From Caldisericota bacterium (lineage in GTDB: Bacteria; Caldisericota; Caldisericia; JAAYUI01): DNA of 64,000 nucleotides. Shown in pieces: positions 48,739 to 57,690 of this stretch. A program made the position numbers and the translations under genes. The DNA is taken from contig JAKPMO010000024.1 of the NCBI GenBank assembly GCA_029548865.1, forward strand, positions 32,001 to 96,000, written 5' to 3'. Numbering within the stretch: the stretch's first letter is position 1; each line of letters opens with the position of its first letter. The notes below the pieces were generated by a model. It was not told where the DNA came from. It ran no database searches and saw nothing but the letters and a program-made list of their open reading frames with translations.

Positions 48739-50250
48739 TTATTTGCAGAAACTTCCCTTGCATGACAAGGCATACAGCAATCCATAATAATCCCTTGTTT
48801 TGCCCGGCTTCGGATCAAAGCTGTTTCTGTGCACAAAATAGATCGTATGTGTCCCAGGGGTCAAGACTATTTGCAAATTGACAATCATTCCCCTCCTCTG
48901 CTTGTCTGCCCTGCCAATGTAGTAATACGACGTTTCTGGCTGGTTTGAATGAGGAGGATTGCTCAAGCCAAAGGTCGGTGACTGAAGCACAAGCTTGGTT
49001 GATTGCCCCGGATTGGGAATGCTGATGAACGGGTCAATGTATATGTCCACATCATCATTTGTGTAGACCGTAAGTTCAGCAGTACAGTGTTTGTCAACAG
49101 TAAATGCCTGTCTATAGATATTAGTTATGTTTTTCGGACAACTGTTCCAGCCTATGTTGCCAGGAGGGAACATCCCAGCCACACCACCGGAAGGAATATG
49201 GGTTATCCAGTTAGCGCCCATATCATAAAGTTTCCTCCATGGCGCCCCCTGAACATCAACACCCCAGGCATCATTGTCTGCTCTCTCCCAAGGGATGGTA
49301 GTGACAGGTGCCCAGTTGCCGTTTACCCACTCGGTTCCCTTTGGTAATCCAAAGACTTCCCACTTGCTGCTTGCAGGATTATTGCCAGAATCATTATGGA
49401 CAAGATATTCTGCCGTCTCATTGCTGACAGCGCATGCACAATCTCCATTTGTGATGTCCCATCCACATGCAGATTTTTGGCCAGGCAGGGAGAATGTTTC
49501 AAGCCCAAAAATCATCCCAAAGAAATTAGAATAAGGGTCTGACCTGTGAACAAAATAGATGCAATGGGCACCAGGGTTTATAAGAGGCAGATTTATCACA
49601 TTCCCGGATTCTTTATCAATTCCTGAGTAGCTTCCAAGGTAGCTCTTGGAGGTTGAATTCTTAACAAGGCGGGTCCCTACTGGGGGATCAAGGTAGACAT
49701 CAACTTCTCCAGAGACCCAGATAGTCAAAAAACCTGAGGATTTACTGCTGACTTTAAAAAAGTGCCTGTAATAGCTGGGTAAAGTTTGAATTGTGCGTTC
49801 TGGAGGAAGAGGTTTACCAGGTTTTATTATGTCAGGTGCATTGAGCTTTGTTGGTGGAGGATTGTTCCAGGAATAATAAGGATTGCACCCATAAACCCAT
49901 TGAGCACCCCTTTCATAAAGCTTCAACCATGGCATTACAGTCTTATTGATGGCATAGCTTGCTTCTTTCCCGTCGACAAGCTTTGCGTTCTCCCACGAAC
50001 CATACATCCATTGTTCAGCATCCCAGCTTTTATTGAGAAGCCATTTTGTCTGAGTCGAAAGATATTCAGTGTCACCACCAGAAACAGCGATCATCTGAGT
50101 TCCATTGCTCCATAATCCGTCATTGCCTATTGGAGGAGGGAGAGAAGAAGATGGATTATTTTTTTTATCGATCAAGCCTGCCGTTTGAGCAGTTGAGCAG
50201 GAACATAAAGCCATGATGGCGATCAGAACAATAATTTTGATATGGTTCAT
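48739..50250 (-). CDS. Lipoprotein with two tandem copies of a Trp-rich beta-sandwich (carbohydrate-binding-like) domain
   Basis: MALCSC lipobox; duplicated motifs PWLKLYERGAQWV/PWRKLYDMGANWI, DVYLDP/DIYIDP, PGAHCIYFVHR/PGTHTIYFVHR. Confidence 0.7.
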   Translation of the reverse strand: MNHIKIIVLIAIMALCSCSTAQTAGLIDKKNNPSSSLPPPIGNDGLWSNGTQMIAVSGGDTEYLSTQTKWLLNKSWDAEQWMYGSWENAKLVDGKEASYAINKTVMPWLKLYERGAQWVYGCNPYYSWNNPPPTKLNAPDIIKPGKPLPPERTIQTLPSYYRHFFKVSSKSSGFLTIWVSGEVDVYLDPPVGTRLVKNSTSKSYLGSYSGIDKESGNVINLPLINPGAHCIYFVHRSDPYSNFFGMIFGLETFSLPGQKSACGWDITNGDCACAVSNETAEYLVHNDSGNNPASSKWEVFGLPKGTEWVNGNWAPVTTIPWERADNDAWGVDVQGAPWRKLYDMGANWITHIPSGGVAGMFPPGNIGWNSCPKNITNIYRQAFTVDKHCTAELTVYTNDDVDIYIDPFISIPNPGQSTKLVLQSPTFGLSNPPHSNQPETSYYYIGRADKQRRGMIVNLQIVLTPGTHTIYFVHRNSFDPKPGKTRDYYGLLYALSCKGSFCK

Positions 50251-50358
50251 ATAACCACCTTCCCAATCCTTTATTGTATAAAAACTAATCTAAAATTTAA
50301 TCATGTTAAATCAAGTTGTTAAAAAGGCGAAAATAAAGAAAAATATTATCGAAATATA

Positions 50359-50390
50359 AAAAGCCCCCACTTTTGGAAGTGGGGGCTTTT
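50359..50390 (-). terminator. Intrinsic terminator after P5C dehydrogenase
   Basis: AAAAGCCCCCACTT-TTGG-AAGTGGGGGCTTTT. Confidence 0.85.
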
Positions 50391-50410
50391 AAAATAATTA
50401 TTGTCCCTTG

Positions 50411-52003
50411 CTACTTTATTCCGAGGTATTTGGCAAATTGATCAGAATCGAGCCTCTCCGAGCAAGACTTGCCCTGCATAAAGAGGTAAAGATAATCGAA
50501 CGCGCCAGCTTTTGAATCGGTGCCTGACATGTTGAAACCACCAAATGGCTGTGAGCCGACAAGAGCTCCAGTACATTTCCTATTGAGATACAGGTTGCCA
50601 ACATGGAACTCTCTTCTGGCCCTTTCCAGATTTTTGCCAGAGTCAGACAGAAGGGCACCAGTGAGCCCGTAGATTGTTCCATTTGCATAATCGAGGGCTT
50701 CATCAAAGGATTTTGCCCTCGAGATCGAAAGCACTGGTCCAAAAATCTCTTCCTGGGCAATTCTTGCAGTTGGACTTACATCGCCAAAAACAGTTGGCTG
50801 GATAAAATATCCAGTGCTGTCATCACAAGTACCACCAACAAGCAGCTTGCCTTCAGTTTTCCCTATTTCAATGTACTCCTTGATTGTAGAGAATGCTTGC
50901 GCTGAGGAAACTGGTCCCATACCAAAAGAAGTATCTCTCGTATCTCCAACCTTTATTGCCTTTGCTTTTTCCACAATGCGACCAACAATATCGTCATACT
51001 GATCGCCAACTATAATAAGCCTTGAGCAGGCAGAGCACTTTTGACCTTGGAAGCCAAATGCTGCGGAGACTGTTTCAGCGGCTGCAAAATCAGGTTTGCT
51101 GTAGTTGCCATCTATAACCATGCAGTCTTTGCCACCCATCTCGGCAACGACTCTCTTGAGCCAAATTTGGCCCTTGTTGACCTTTGAAGCTCTTTCGTAG
51201 ATCCTCTTGCCCACATCCATGGACCCAGTAAAACTGATGAAACGGGTGAGCGGGTGATCAACAAGGTAATCTCCAACTTCGCTGCCAGGTCCCGGAAGGA
51301 AATTGATGACGCCATCCGGAATGCCAGCCTCTTTCATCACTTCCATGAATTTCGCACCAATAATTGGGGTGACTGAAGCTGGTTTCAGGACAACTGTGTT
51401 TCCTGTGACAACGGCCGCAGTAGTCATTCCAGTCAGAATTGCAAGCGGGAAATTCCACGGTGGTATTACAACACCAACGCCAAGCGGAATATGCCAGTAT
51501 TGATTGTCCTCGCCAGGGATTGAAGGAATATTATATGGAACAGAGATATTTTCCATCAGTCTTCCATAATATTCCAGGAAATCTATTGCCTCTGCAGTAT
51601 CAGCAATGGCCTCAATCCAGCTCTTGCCAACTTCATAAACCATCCACGCAGAAAGCTCCAGTTTCCTTCTCCTCATGATGCCGGCGGCTCTGTAAAGGTA
51701 TCTGGCGCGTTCATGCGGGTCGGTAAAACGCCAATACTCCATAAACGTCTTGTGAGCGGTCTGTAAAGCCTCCTCAGCTAACTGGCTGTTGCCCTTGCTT
51801 ACCGTTCCCACAATCTCATTGTGCTTTGATGGATTGCTTGATTTAATCACATCGTTGGTCTTGATGTTCCTTCCACCGATTATGATGTCGTAATGCTTGC
51901 CAAGATTTTTACCAACAAAATCAATGGCATCTTGCATCATTTTTTTCTGTTCGGGGTTGGACAAATTAAGAAGATACGGTTCAGATACAAACTGCTGTCT
52001 CAT
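50411..52003 (-). CDS. pruA: L-glutamate gamma-semialdehyde (1-pyrroline-5-carboxylate) dehydrogenase
   Basis: EAIDFLEYY, IPPWNFPLAI, FTGS, EMGGKD, GFQGQKCSACSR, EEIFGP, PFGGFNMSGTDSKAG. Confidence 0.95.
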   Translation of the reverse strand: MRQQFVSEPYLLNLSNPEQKKMMQDAIDFVGKNLGKHYDIIIGGRNIKTNDVIKSSNPSKHNEIVGTVSKGNSQLAEEALQTAHKTFMEYWRFTDPHERARYLYRAAGIMRRRKLELSAWMVYEVGKSWIEAIADTAEAIDFLEYYGRLMENISVPYNIPSIPGEDNQYWHIPLGVGVVIPPWNFPLAILTGMTTAAVVTGNTVVLKPASVTPIIGAKFMEVMKEAGIPDGVINFLPGPGSEVGDYLVDHPLTRFISFTGSMDVGKRIYERASKVNKGQIWLKRVVAEMGGKDCMVIDGNYSKPDFAAAETVSAAFGFQGQKCSACSRLIIVGDQYDDIVGRIVEKAKAIKVGDTRDTSFGMGPVSSAQAFSTIKEYIEIGKTEGKLLVGGTCDDSTGYFIQPTVFGDVSPTARIAQEEIFGPVLSISRAKSFDEALDYANGTIYGLTGALLSDSGKNLERARREFHVGNLYLNRKCTGALVGSQPFGGFNMSGTDSKAGAFDYLYLFMQGKSCSERLDSDQFAKYLGIK

Positions 52004-52246
52004 GTGGCTCCTTTCAGGTGCTTGTTGACAACCAACATTATATATATGAAAAAAGGTTAAATCCAGTATTGATGACTATAAACTCGTGCGCAAGCACAAC
52101 AAATGAGAAATCGCCTGATACGAGAATCGTGGGTAAAAATACAAATCGAAGAAGTTGCTGACAAATAGTCCAAAAATCTCAAAATATAAGGGAATAATTC
52201 TTGAAATGGCCTTTTCCCACAATATGCTCTCTTGGTGAGGTGAAAT

Positions 52247-52426
52247 ATGAGCTTTGGTGCCAAAGAAATTATAGTAATACTGATCGTCGGATTGATCCTT
52301 TTTGGGTCAAGCAAAATACCGGAATTTGCAAGATCCTTGCGGAAGGGGATTGAGGAATTCAAGAAAACCGGCGAAGAATTATCAAAAGGGATTGAAGCAA
52401 AAGACGACGGGCAAGCCAAAAAGTAG
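52247..52426 (+). CDS. tatA: Twin-arginine translocase TatA (59 aa, below the ORF-track cutoff)
   Basis: Hand translation MSFGAKEIIVILIVGLILFGSSKIPEFARSLRKGIEEFKK...; GAGG RBS; precedes tatC. Confidence 0.93.
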   Translation: MSFGAKEIIVILIVGLILFGSSKIPEFARSLRKGIEEFKKTGEELSKGIEAKDDGQAKK

Positions 52427-52434
52427 GCGCTCTT

Positions 52435-53181
52435 TTGTTGAATGACAAGCCAAAACCTGTCCTTGAGCACATTGAGGAGCTCAGGAAGAGGCTCATCTAC
52501 TCTTTGCTTTTTGTGCTGGTTTTTTCAGTTGTCTGCTGGATATATTCAGACCAAATAATTGCATGGCTGACTGGCCCAGTACCTTTTCTCGATGTCCCAC
52601 CAATCCAGCTCCATTTTACAGATGTTACAGAAGCTTTCGGCGCCAAATTTATGATATCGATTATCGGCGGCATCATAATGGCTTTCCCTTTCCTGATATA
52701 CCACATGTGCATGTATATTCTCCCTGGAATGAAAAAAAACGAGCGGAAAGCCTTTTTTGCATATCTCCCCTCAATGATTTTGCTCTTTATTGCTGGCGCA
52801 GCATTCGCCATTTGGCCAATAGTCCCCATCGCAAGAAAGTTCTTTGTCGATTACGGTGGCCAAAACATGGTTCCAATTATTACGGTATCTTCTTATATTG
52901 ATTTCGTAACGTTGCTCACCCTTGGAATGGGGATTGTTTTTCTGCTTCCTGTCGTCGTCATGTTTATCACATCGATAGGCCTTGTTTCCCCATATACACT
53001 GGCAAAAGGCAGAAAAGGGGTGTGGCTAGGGATTCTGATTGCTGCTGCTGCCATCGCACCAAATGATGGATTATCAATGTTAATAATAGCTTTGCCGGTT
53101 GTCATTCTTTTTGAAATTTCGCTGTTTCTTTCTAAAATCAAATGGAGAAGACGCCAAAAAATTGAGTCGGAACCGGCTTAA
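52435..53181 (+). CDS. tatC: Twin-arginine translocase TatC
   Basis: LEHIEELRKRL, EAF, ILPGMKKNER, ILFEIS; six TMs. Confidence 0.93.
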   Translation: MLNDKPKPVLEHIEELRKRLIYSLLFVLVFSVVCWIYSDQIIAWLTGPVPFLDVPPIQLHFTDVTEAFGAKFMISIIGGIIMAFPFLIYHMCMYILPGMKKNERKAFFAYLPSMILLFIAGAAFAIWPIVPIARKFFVDYGGQNMVPIITVSSYIDFVTLLTLGMGIVFLLPVVVMFITSIGLVSPYTLAKGRKGVWLGILIAAAAIAPNDGLSMLIIALPVVILFEISLFLSKIKWRRRQKIESEPA

Positions 53182-55355
53182 AACTCCATATCAATAATTA
53201 TTGATTTTGCAACAGAGATCCACCTCACTATTGCCCCAAGTGATTCTGCCACAGAGCGTAGCGGCACAAGCGTTCTCCCGTTTCTTATCAATGGACCAAC
53301 GTCTATTTTGACTACCTTGTTGTCAAATTCCGCCCTATCTTCTCCAATCCAGTATTTCAGGACTTTCCCCTTGCGGCTTATCTCAACCTTTTTTTCTGTC
53401 GCATTCCAGTCGACTTTGCACCCGAAAGTCTCTGCAATAAATCTTATTGGAACAAGAGTTCTCCCTTTATAAACCTCCGCAGGTACATCAAGCAAAACTT
53501 TGCCACTATTTATCAATGCCTCACTTGAACCAGGTTCCATCTGTATCCGGAGCCTTGGATCGGTGACAAAATCAAGTGAAAGTTCGTCTTCCCATGACGA
53601 CATGCCCCCGTTTCTTTCCGGGCATGTGTTGCACGTTATTTTTATTGGTACAGAAAAATCGGAACCTCCAGGAAGGTCCATGCAGTTAAAGCTGAAAGAA
53701 AAGGAGGTTGTTCCATTCTCTTGATACTTTCCACCCTGGCCATCAACCTTCAACCAGTCAGGTTTATCAATATCCAGCCTGATATATCTGTCTTCACCGT
53801 CAGTTGAATTGATCCTCACCTCAAATCGTCCCTGGGATGAGCGGGGAAAATATGGAACATCAGATGGACTAATCGTAACGTCAAAGCATGGTTCACAGGT
53901 TTGACATTTCTTTTGGGAGCTCACAATATCCACCGTGAAAAAAACCAGGACCCATCCAGATATTCCTGGTTCACTGTACTGTCCATTGCCCTCCATGACA
54001 GGGCAACCAGGCTCAATTGCAACACCAAACTTCTGTTTGCCATCGCAAAAAGAAGGATCAGAGGGGTCAATGATCATTGTGTATTTATAACCCCTTCTCA
54101 TGCCTTCAGAAAATGTCTTGCCACCAATAAAACTGACCGACTTGCACCTGCTTCCGGCCTCAAAGGGCATCCCCTCAAACTTGGGTGGTGGCAGTCTGCC
54201 ATCCTCTCTTCCAAAAAGAAGCGTAAAAGGGAACCTTTTTGTGCCATCTGAAGCTACGATTGTCCCGAGGTCCCTGTTTTCCAGGACCTCCGCATACGGG
54301 CACTCTTCCCAGCAAAACAACTGGCCGTCAGAGGTCACATAAGAGATCCTGCCACCTTCTATCAAAACAGACGATCTTGTTGCATGGACCAGCTTCCTTT
54401 TCCACACGACAGAGCCTTCGGGATCAATCCCCCAAAAGGTTTTGTTTCCATCAATAAAGTAAATGCTTTGGCCATCAGTTGCCAACGGCCAGGAGACTGG
54501 GCCAAAGCCTTCCTTCTTCCATTCCTGCCTGCCAGTTTCGGCATCAACTGCATATAAAATGCCGGATTCATCTGCAAAGATGCATTTGCTTCCAACCAGC
54601 ACTGGATTTGACCGGATCGGCGCCTCCGCAATGTAGCGCCAGAGTAATGATCCATCATCAGCATTGAGACAATACAGGACATGGTCCAGAGAACTGGCAA
54701 TAACCTTTTGCCCAAAAATCAAAGGTTGTGTCTCGATCCAGCCACCAGTTTCAAAGGACCAGATCTCTTTTCCTTCCGGAACAGAAACACGTCTCAATCT
54801 GTTGTCATCGCCACCAAAAATAACTGATCCAGAGTAAATCGCAGGTGTTCCCCATATCGGAGATTTTGAATCAAACCTAAAAACAAGAGAACCATCTGTG
54901 GCGTTAAGGCAGTAGAGATTGCCATCGGAACACCCAAAAATGATCTTTCCATCAAAAAGCACTGGCATTCCGTATATTGCATTGCCGGCCCTGAAACTCC
55001 AGACTATTTTTTTGCCAAGCAAATCAACAAGCGCGAGTGTTCCAGCTTTGGTCCCGACAAAACAGCTGGCGTTATAAACGAGTGGCGAGCTTGCAATATC
55101 GGCACCGTCAATTTCAAGCTCGAATTTTTTCATGCCAGATTTAATATAGACAAGCTTTCCACTGGCATTTCCAATAAGGTAGCCAGAATCGAAAAAAGTG
55201 GGTGAATAGGCTGAAAGATAGCTTCCACCAACAGAACATTTTAAGGCAACCTGAAAAGGCGCGGTGGCAATTGGTTTTGCATCGCCAGCAGCAGGCAAAA
55301 TTGCCTGAGAAGGAACAATAAACATCAGAGCAACCAAAAATGAAATTTTCTTCAC
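53178..55355 (-). CDS. Secreted PQQ/BamB-like beta-propeller protein with Cys-rich middle, BACON-like and C-terminal stalk domain
   Basis: Signal peptide; WSFRAGNAIYGMP, WSFETGGWIETQP repeats; CQTCEPC, CNTC; RTLVPIRFIAETFGCKVDWN. Confidence 0.8.
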   Translation of the reverse strand: MKKISFLVALMFIVPSQAILPAAGDAKPIATAPFQVALKCSVGGSYLSAYSPTFFDSGYLIGNASGKLVYIKSGMKKFELEIDGADIASSPLVYNASCFVGTKAGTLALVDLLGKKIVWSFRAGNAIYGMPVLFDGKIIFGCSDGNLYCLNATDGSLVFRFDSKSPIWGTPAIYSGSVIFGGDDNRLRRVSVPEGKEIWSFETGGWIETQPLIFGQKVIASSLDHVLYCLNADDGSLLWRYIAEAPIRSNPVLVGSKCIFADESGILYAVDAETGRQEWKKEGFGPVSWPLATDGQSIYFIDGNKTFWGIDPEGSVVWKRKLVHATRSSVLIEGGRISYVTSDGQLFCWEECPYAEVLENRDLGTIVASDGTKRFPFTLLFGREDGRLPPPKFEGMPFEAGSRCKSVSFIGGKTFSEGMRRGYKYTMIIDPSDPSFCDGKQKFGVAIEPGCPVMEGNGQYSEPGISGWVLVFFTVDIVSSQKKCQTCEPCFDVTISPSDVPYFPRSSQGRFEVRINSTDGEDRYIRLDIDKPDWLKVDGQGGKYQENGTTSFSFSFNCMDLPGGSDFSVPIKITCNTCPERNGGMSSWEDELSLDFVTDPRLRIQMEPGSSEALINSGKVLLDVPAEVYKGRTLVPIRFIAETFGCKVDWNATEKKVEISRKGKVLKYWIGEDRAEFDNKVVKIDVGPLIRNGRTLVPLRSVAESLGAIVRWISVAKSIIIDMEF

Positions 55356-55455
55356 ATCTCAAATACGTCAAAAAACCGAACATAGTTTCAAGTCAATTTT
55401 CTTGCCGGCTTAACAACAGATTGACAAGAGTGTCCCAAAGGTTATTGTTGAGCTA

Positions 55456-55980
55456 TTGAGGAAAAAACTTCTATCTTTTGTTGTCCTGGGAGTGGGAGCA
55501 ATCATCGCACAAATAGTTGTTGCCCTGTTTTATTCGGGAAACAGCGAGAACCTCTGGCAAATTCTGGGATTTGGAAATTTATTTGTGCTAATTGCCTGCT
55601 TTATGGCATCCTTCAAGAATAAACTGCAAATACTACCACTACTTGGGTTGATAATTGGAATATCAAGTCCTGTTCTTAGTTTCATCTGGATGGGAAGAGG
55701 TTTTGCTGGACAGGCAATTTCATACTCGCTCTCATATTTTTGTTTTTCCATGCACTATATTCTCCAGAGAGAAAAACCCCTAAGGTATTTCGGATGGCCC
55801 CTTCTGCTATGCTCTTTCTTGCTTTGGTCTTTCCATATTTTTCTGGCAAATGCAGGATCTGGCCTTCCACCGTTTGACATAATTGCATTCTTCTTCAGCC
55901 TGCTGATGCTTTTGGCGGCATCAAGCATTCTGCTGATCATCATTTTTGAAAAAAATACAATACAGGAGGACATTTCATGA
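55456..55980 (+). CDS. Hypothetical membrane protein (about 6 TM)
   Basis: Highly hydrophobic; TTGACA-16-TATTGT promoter just upstream. Confidence 0.65.
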   Translation: MRKKLLSFVVLGVGAIIAQIVVALFYSGNSENLWQILGFGNLFVLIACFMASFKNKLQILPLLGLIIGISSPVLSFIWMGRGFAGQAISYSLSYFCFSMHYILQREKPLRYFGWPLLLCSFLLWSFHIFLANAGSGLPPFDIIAFFFSLLMLLAASSILLIIIFEKNTIQEDIS

Positions 55981-56570
55981 ACCAGATTCTGAAGAGCAAG
56001 TTTAATGCGTGGGGATTTTTTATTGTGGCGTGTGTGTGGGTATTGATGATGATTTGTAGTCTGATGTTTTCTATTCTAGACATCAACGTTGATGTACTGT
56101 CCCCAATAATAAGGATGCTAATGGTTGGAACAGGAATGGTAATGACTTTCTTCTTCTTTTCCATCTCAAGGTCAGAGCCAGGGCTTGCGGCAGTTGGTTT
56201 GGTGCTAGGAATAGTTGGAACAATAGCCCAAATATCTCCAACAGAGAGTGGGTTTTCTGAAATCGTAGGATTTATTATCGGAATCAGCTACATCTTTTTC
56301 GCCTTCGCCATCCTGAAACAGGAAGCAAAGGCAGCAGGTTGGTTAGGTTGGGCAATGATTCTTTCGGGAATCATAAAACTGTCTTCAATTGGAATGATTA
56401 CTGGAATGATGAGAGGCGAACTGGGCGGCATAATTATCTTCTCTGCAATAACAATCCTCTTTGAGATTTTCGTCGCACTCGCAGCAATTTACTACATTAT
56501 AGTTGGGGGCAATCTATTCGAAGGTACTGGCGCACCAAAAACAATCAACGCTCCAGAGAATTTGAACTGA
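55977..56570 (+). CDS. Hypothetical membrane protein (about 6 TM), probable paralog of the upstream gene
   Basis: Hydrophobic; AGGAGG RBS; ATGA overlap. Confidence 0.7.
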   Translation: MNQILKSKFNAWGFFIVACVWVLMMICSLMFSILDINVDVLSPIIRMLMVGTGMVMTFFFFSISRSEPGLAAVGLVLGIVGTIAQISPTESGFSEIVGFIIGISYIFFAFAILKQEAKAAGWLGWAMILSGIIKLSSIGMITGMMRGELGGIIIFSAITILFEIFVALAAIYYIIVGGNLFEGTGAPKTINAPENLN

Positions 56571-56711
56571 AACTAACTTATTTATACCAATAAGGGAGGT
56601 TGCATTTTTTGTGTAAAATAGATGTAACCTCCCCCTCAAAAAACAAACTCCAATCAAACTTAATTTTCACCAATACTTCAAAAATGGGTAAAAACCCATA
56701 TATTTGAAACC

Positions 56712-57401
56712 ATGGAAGAAGGAAAAAGGGACATCCTGGAATGTGCCAAATATCTGGCTTCAAGGGGCTGGGCAGAAGCCGGTGCAGGAAATATAAGCAT
56801 TAGGACAAAACACGCTGTAGTTAACAATACAAACACAATACCGATCAATTACCCGGCAGAGCCTGATCTGGCAATCTACGTCACAAAATCAGGTTCAAAC
56901 TTCAGGCTGATGGCTGAAGATGACGTATCATCAGTTGTGGTGAACGAAGATGGACAAAATATAACCCACGGCTTCAAACAGGGAAAACCGACCAGCGAGC
57001 TTTCAACACACCTTCTCCTCCACAGTCATTTCGTCGGAAAAAACAGCCTGGCAATAGTGCATGCCCACCTGACGAATCTTGTTGCCGCAACACACATTTT
57101 CAGGTCCGAGCAGGAACTCAACAAAGCCATTTTTTGCCATACCGAAATGCCGCTCCTTGTCCCTGGTGGAATAGGTCTTGTGCCTGTTATCCCCCCTGGC
57201 TCCGTCGATATAGCACAAGCAACACTTGAAAAAATCAGACAGGGAAAAACATGCGTTGCATGGGCCTGCCACGGAATAGTGGCCATAGCTGACAATCTTC
57301 TTGGAGCAACAAATATTGTCGAAGCAGTAGAAAAAGCGTGTGAAATTGCGTTGAAAATAAAATCTGCTGGCGGAAAAACCATTTTTGTGGGACAATTATG
57401 A
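56712..57401 (+). CDS. Class II aldolase/adducin family protein (rhamnulose-1-phosphate aldolase-like)
   Basis: GWAEAGAGNISIR, PTSELSTH, AIVHAH, WACHG Zn-ligand motifs. Confidence 0.85.
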   Translation: MEEGKRDILECAKYLASRGWAEAGAGNISIRTKHAVVNNTNTIPINYPAEPDLAIYVTKSGSNFRLMAEDDVSSVVVNEDGQNITHGFKQGKPTSELSTHLLLHSHFVGKNSLAIVHAHLTNLVAATHIFRSEQELNKAIFCHTEMPLLVPGGIGLVPVIPPGSVDIAQATLEKIRQGKTCVAWACHGIVAIADNLLGATNIVEAVEKACEIALKIKSAGGKTIFVGQL

Positions 57402-57415
57402 CGGGAGAGAAAAGA

Positions 57416-57502
57416 TGGTGCCGAAGAAGGGACTTGAACCCCCACCCCGTTGCCAGGACATGGACCTGAACCATGCGCGTCTGCCAATTCCGCCACTTCG
57501 GC
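57416..57502 (-). tRNA. tRNA-Leu(CAG)
   Basis: GCCGAAGTGGCGGAATTGGCAGACGCG, loop TTCAGGT, long variable arm, CCA encoded. Confidence 0.96.
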
Positions 57503-57514
57503 AACCTTTATGAG

Positions 57515-57543
57515 GTTATACAAAACCGAACCCAGCAAGTCAA
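57515..57543 (-). promoter_or_regulatory. Putative promoter of tRNA-Leu(CAG) (TTGACT-17-TATAAC)
   Basis: Minus strand ttgact tgctgggttcggttttg tataac, 12 nt before the tRNA. Confidence 0.6.
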
Positions 57544-57690
57544 GGAGAACCTTGGTTTTTTATCATACAATGGCTCTGATTCATGCCAGTAGCAAAAACT
57601 GACTTTTTGAGTGGTGTTTTGCGTACTCAAAGTTGAGTTTTTTGGAAACTCCTGCAATATTGTTTGTGTAAAAACAAAGGAGAGTAAAAA

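Noticed and set aside
52004..52246. Possible ncRNA in the pruA-tatA intergenic region (also 63164..63374)
   Set aside because: No convincing structure or known riboswitch motif by eye; consistent with divergent promoters. An Rfam scan would settle it
52057..52470. Minus-strand 137-aa ORF
   Set aside because: Antisense shadow of the real tatA
57026..57538. Minus-strand ORFs 57026..57538 and 57235..57504
   Set aside because: They read through tRNA-Leu(CAG) and run antisense to the aldolase
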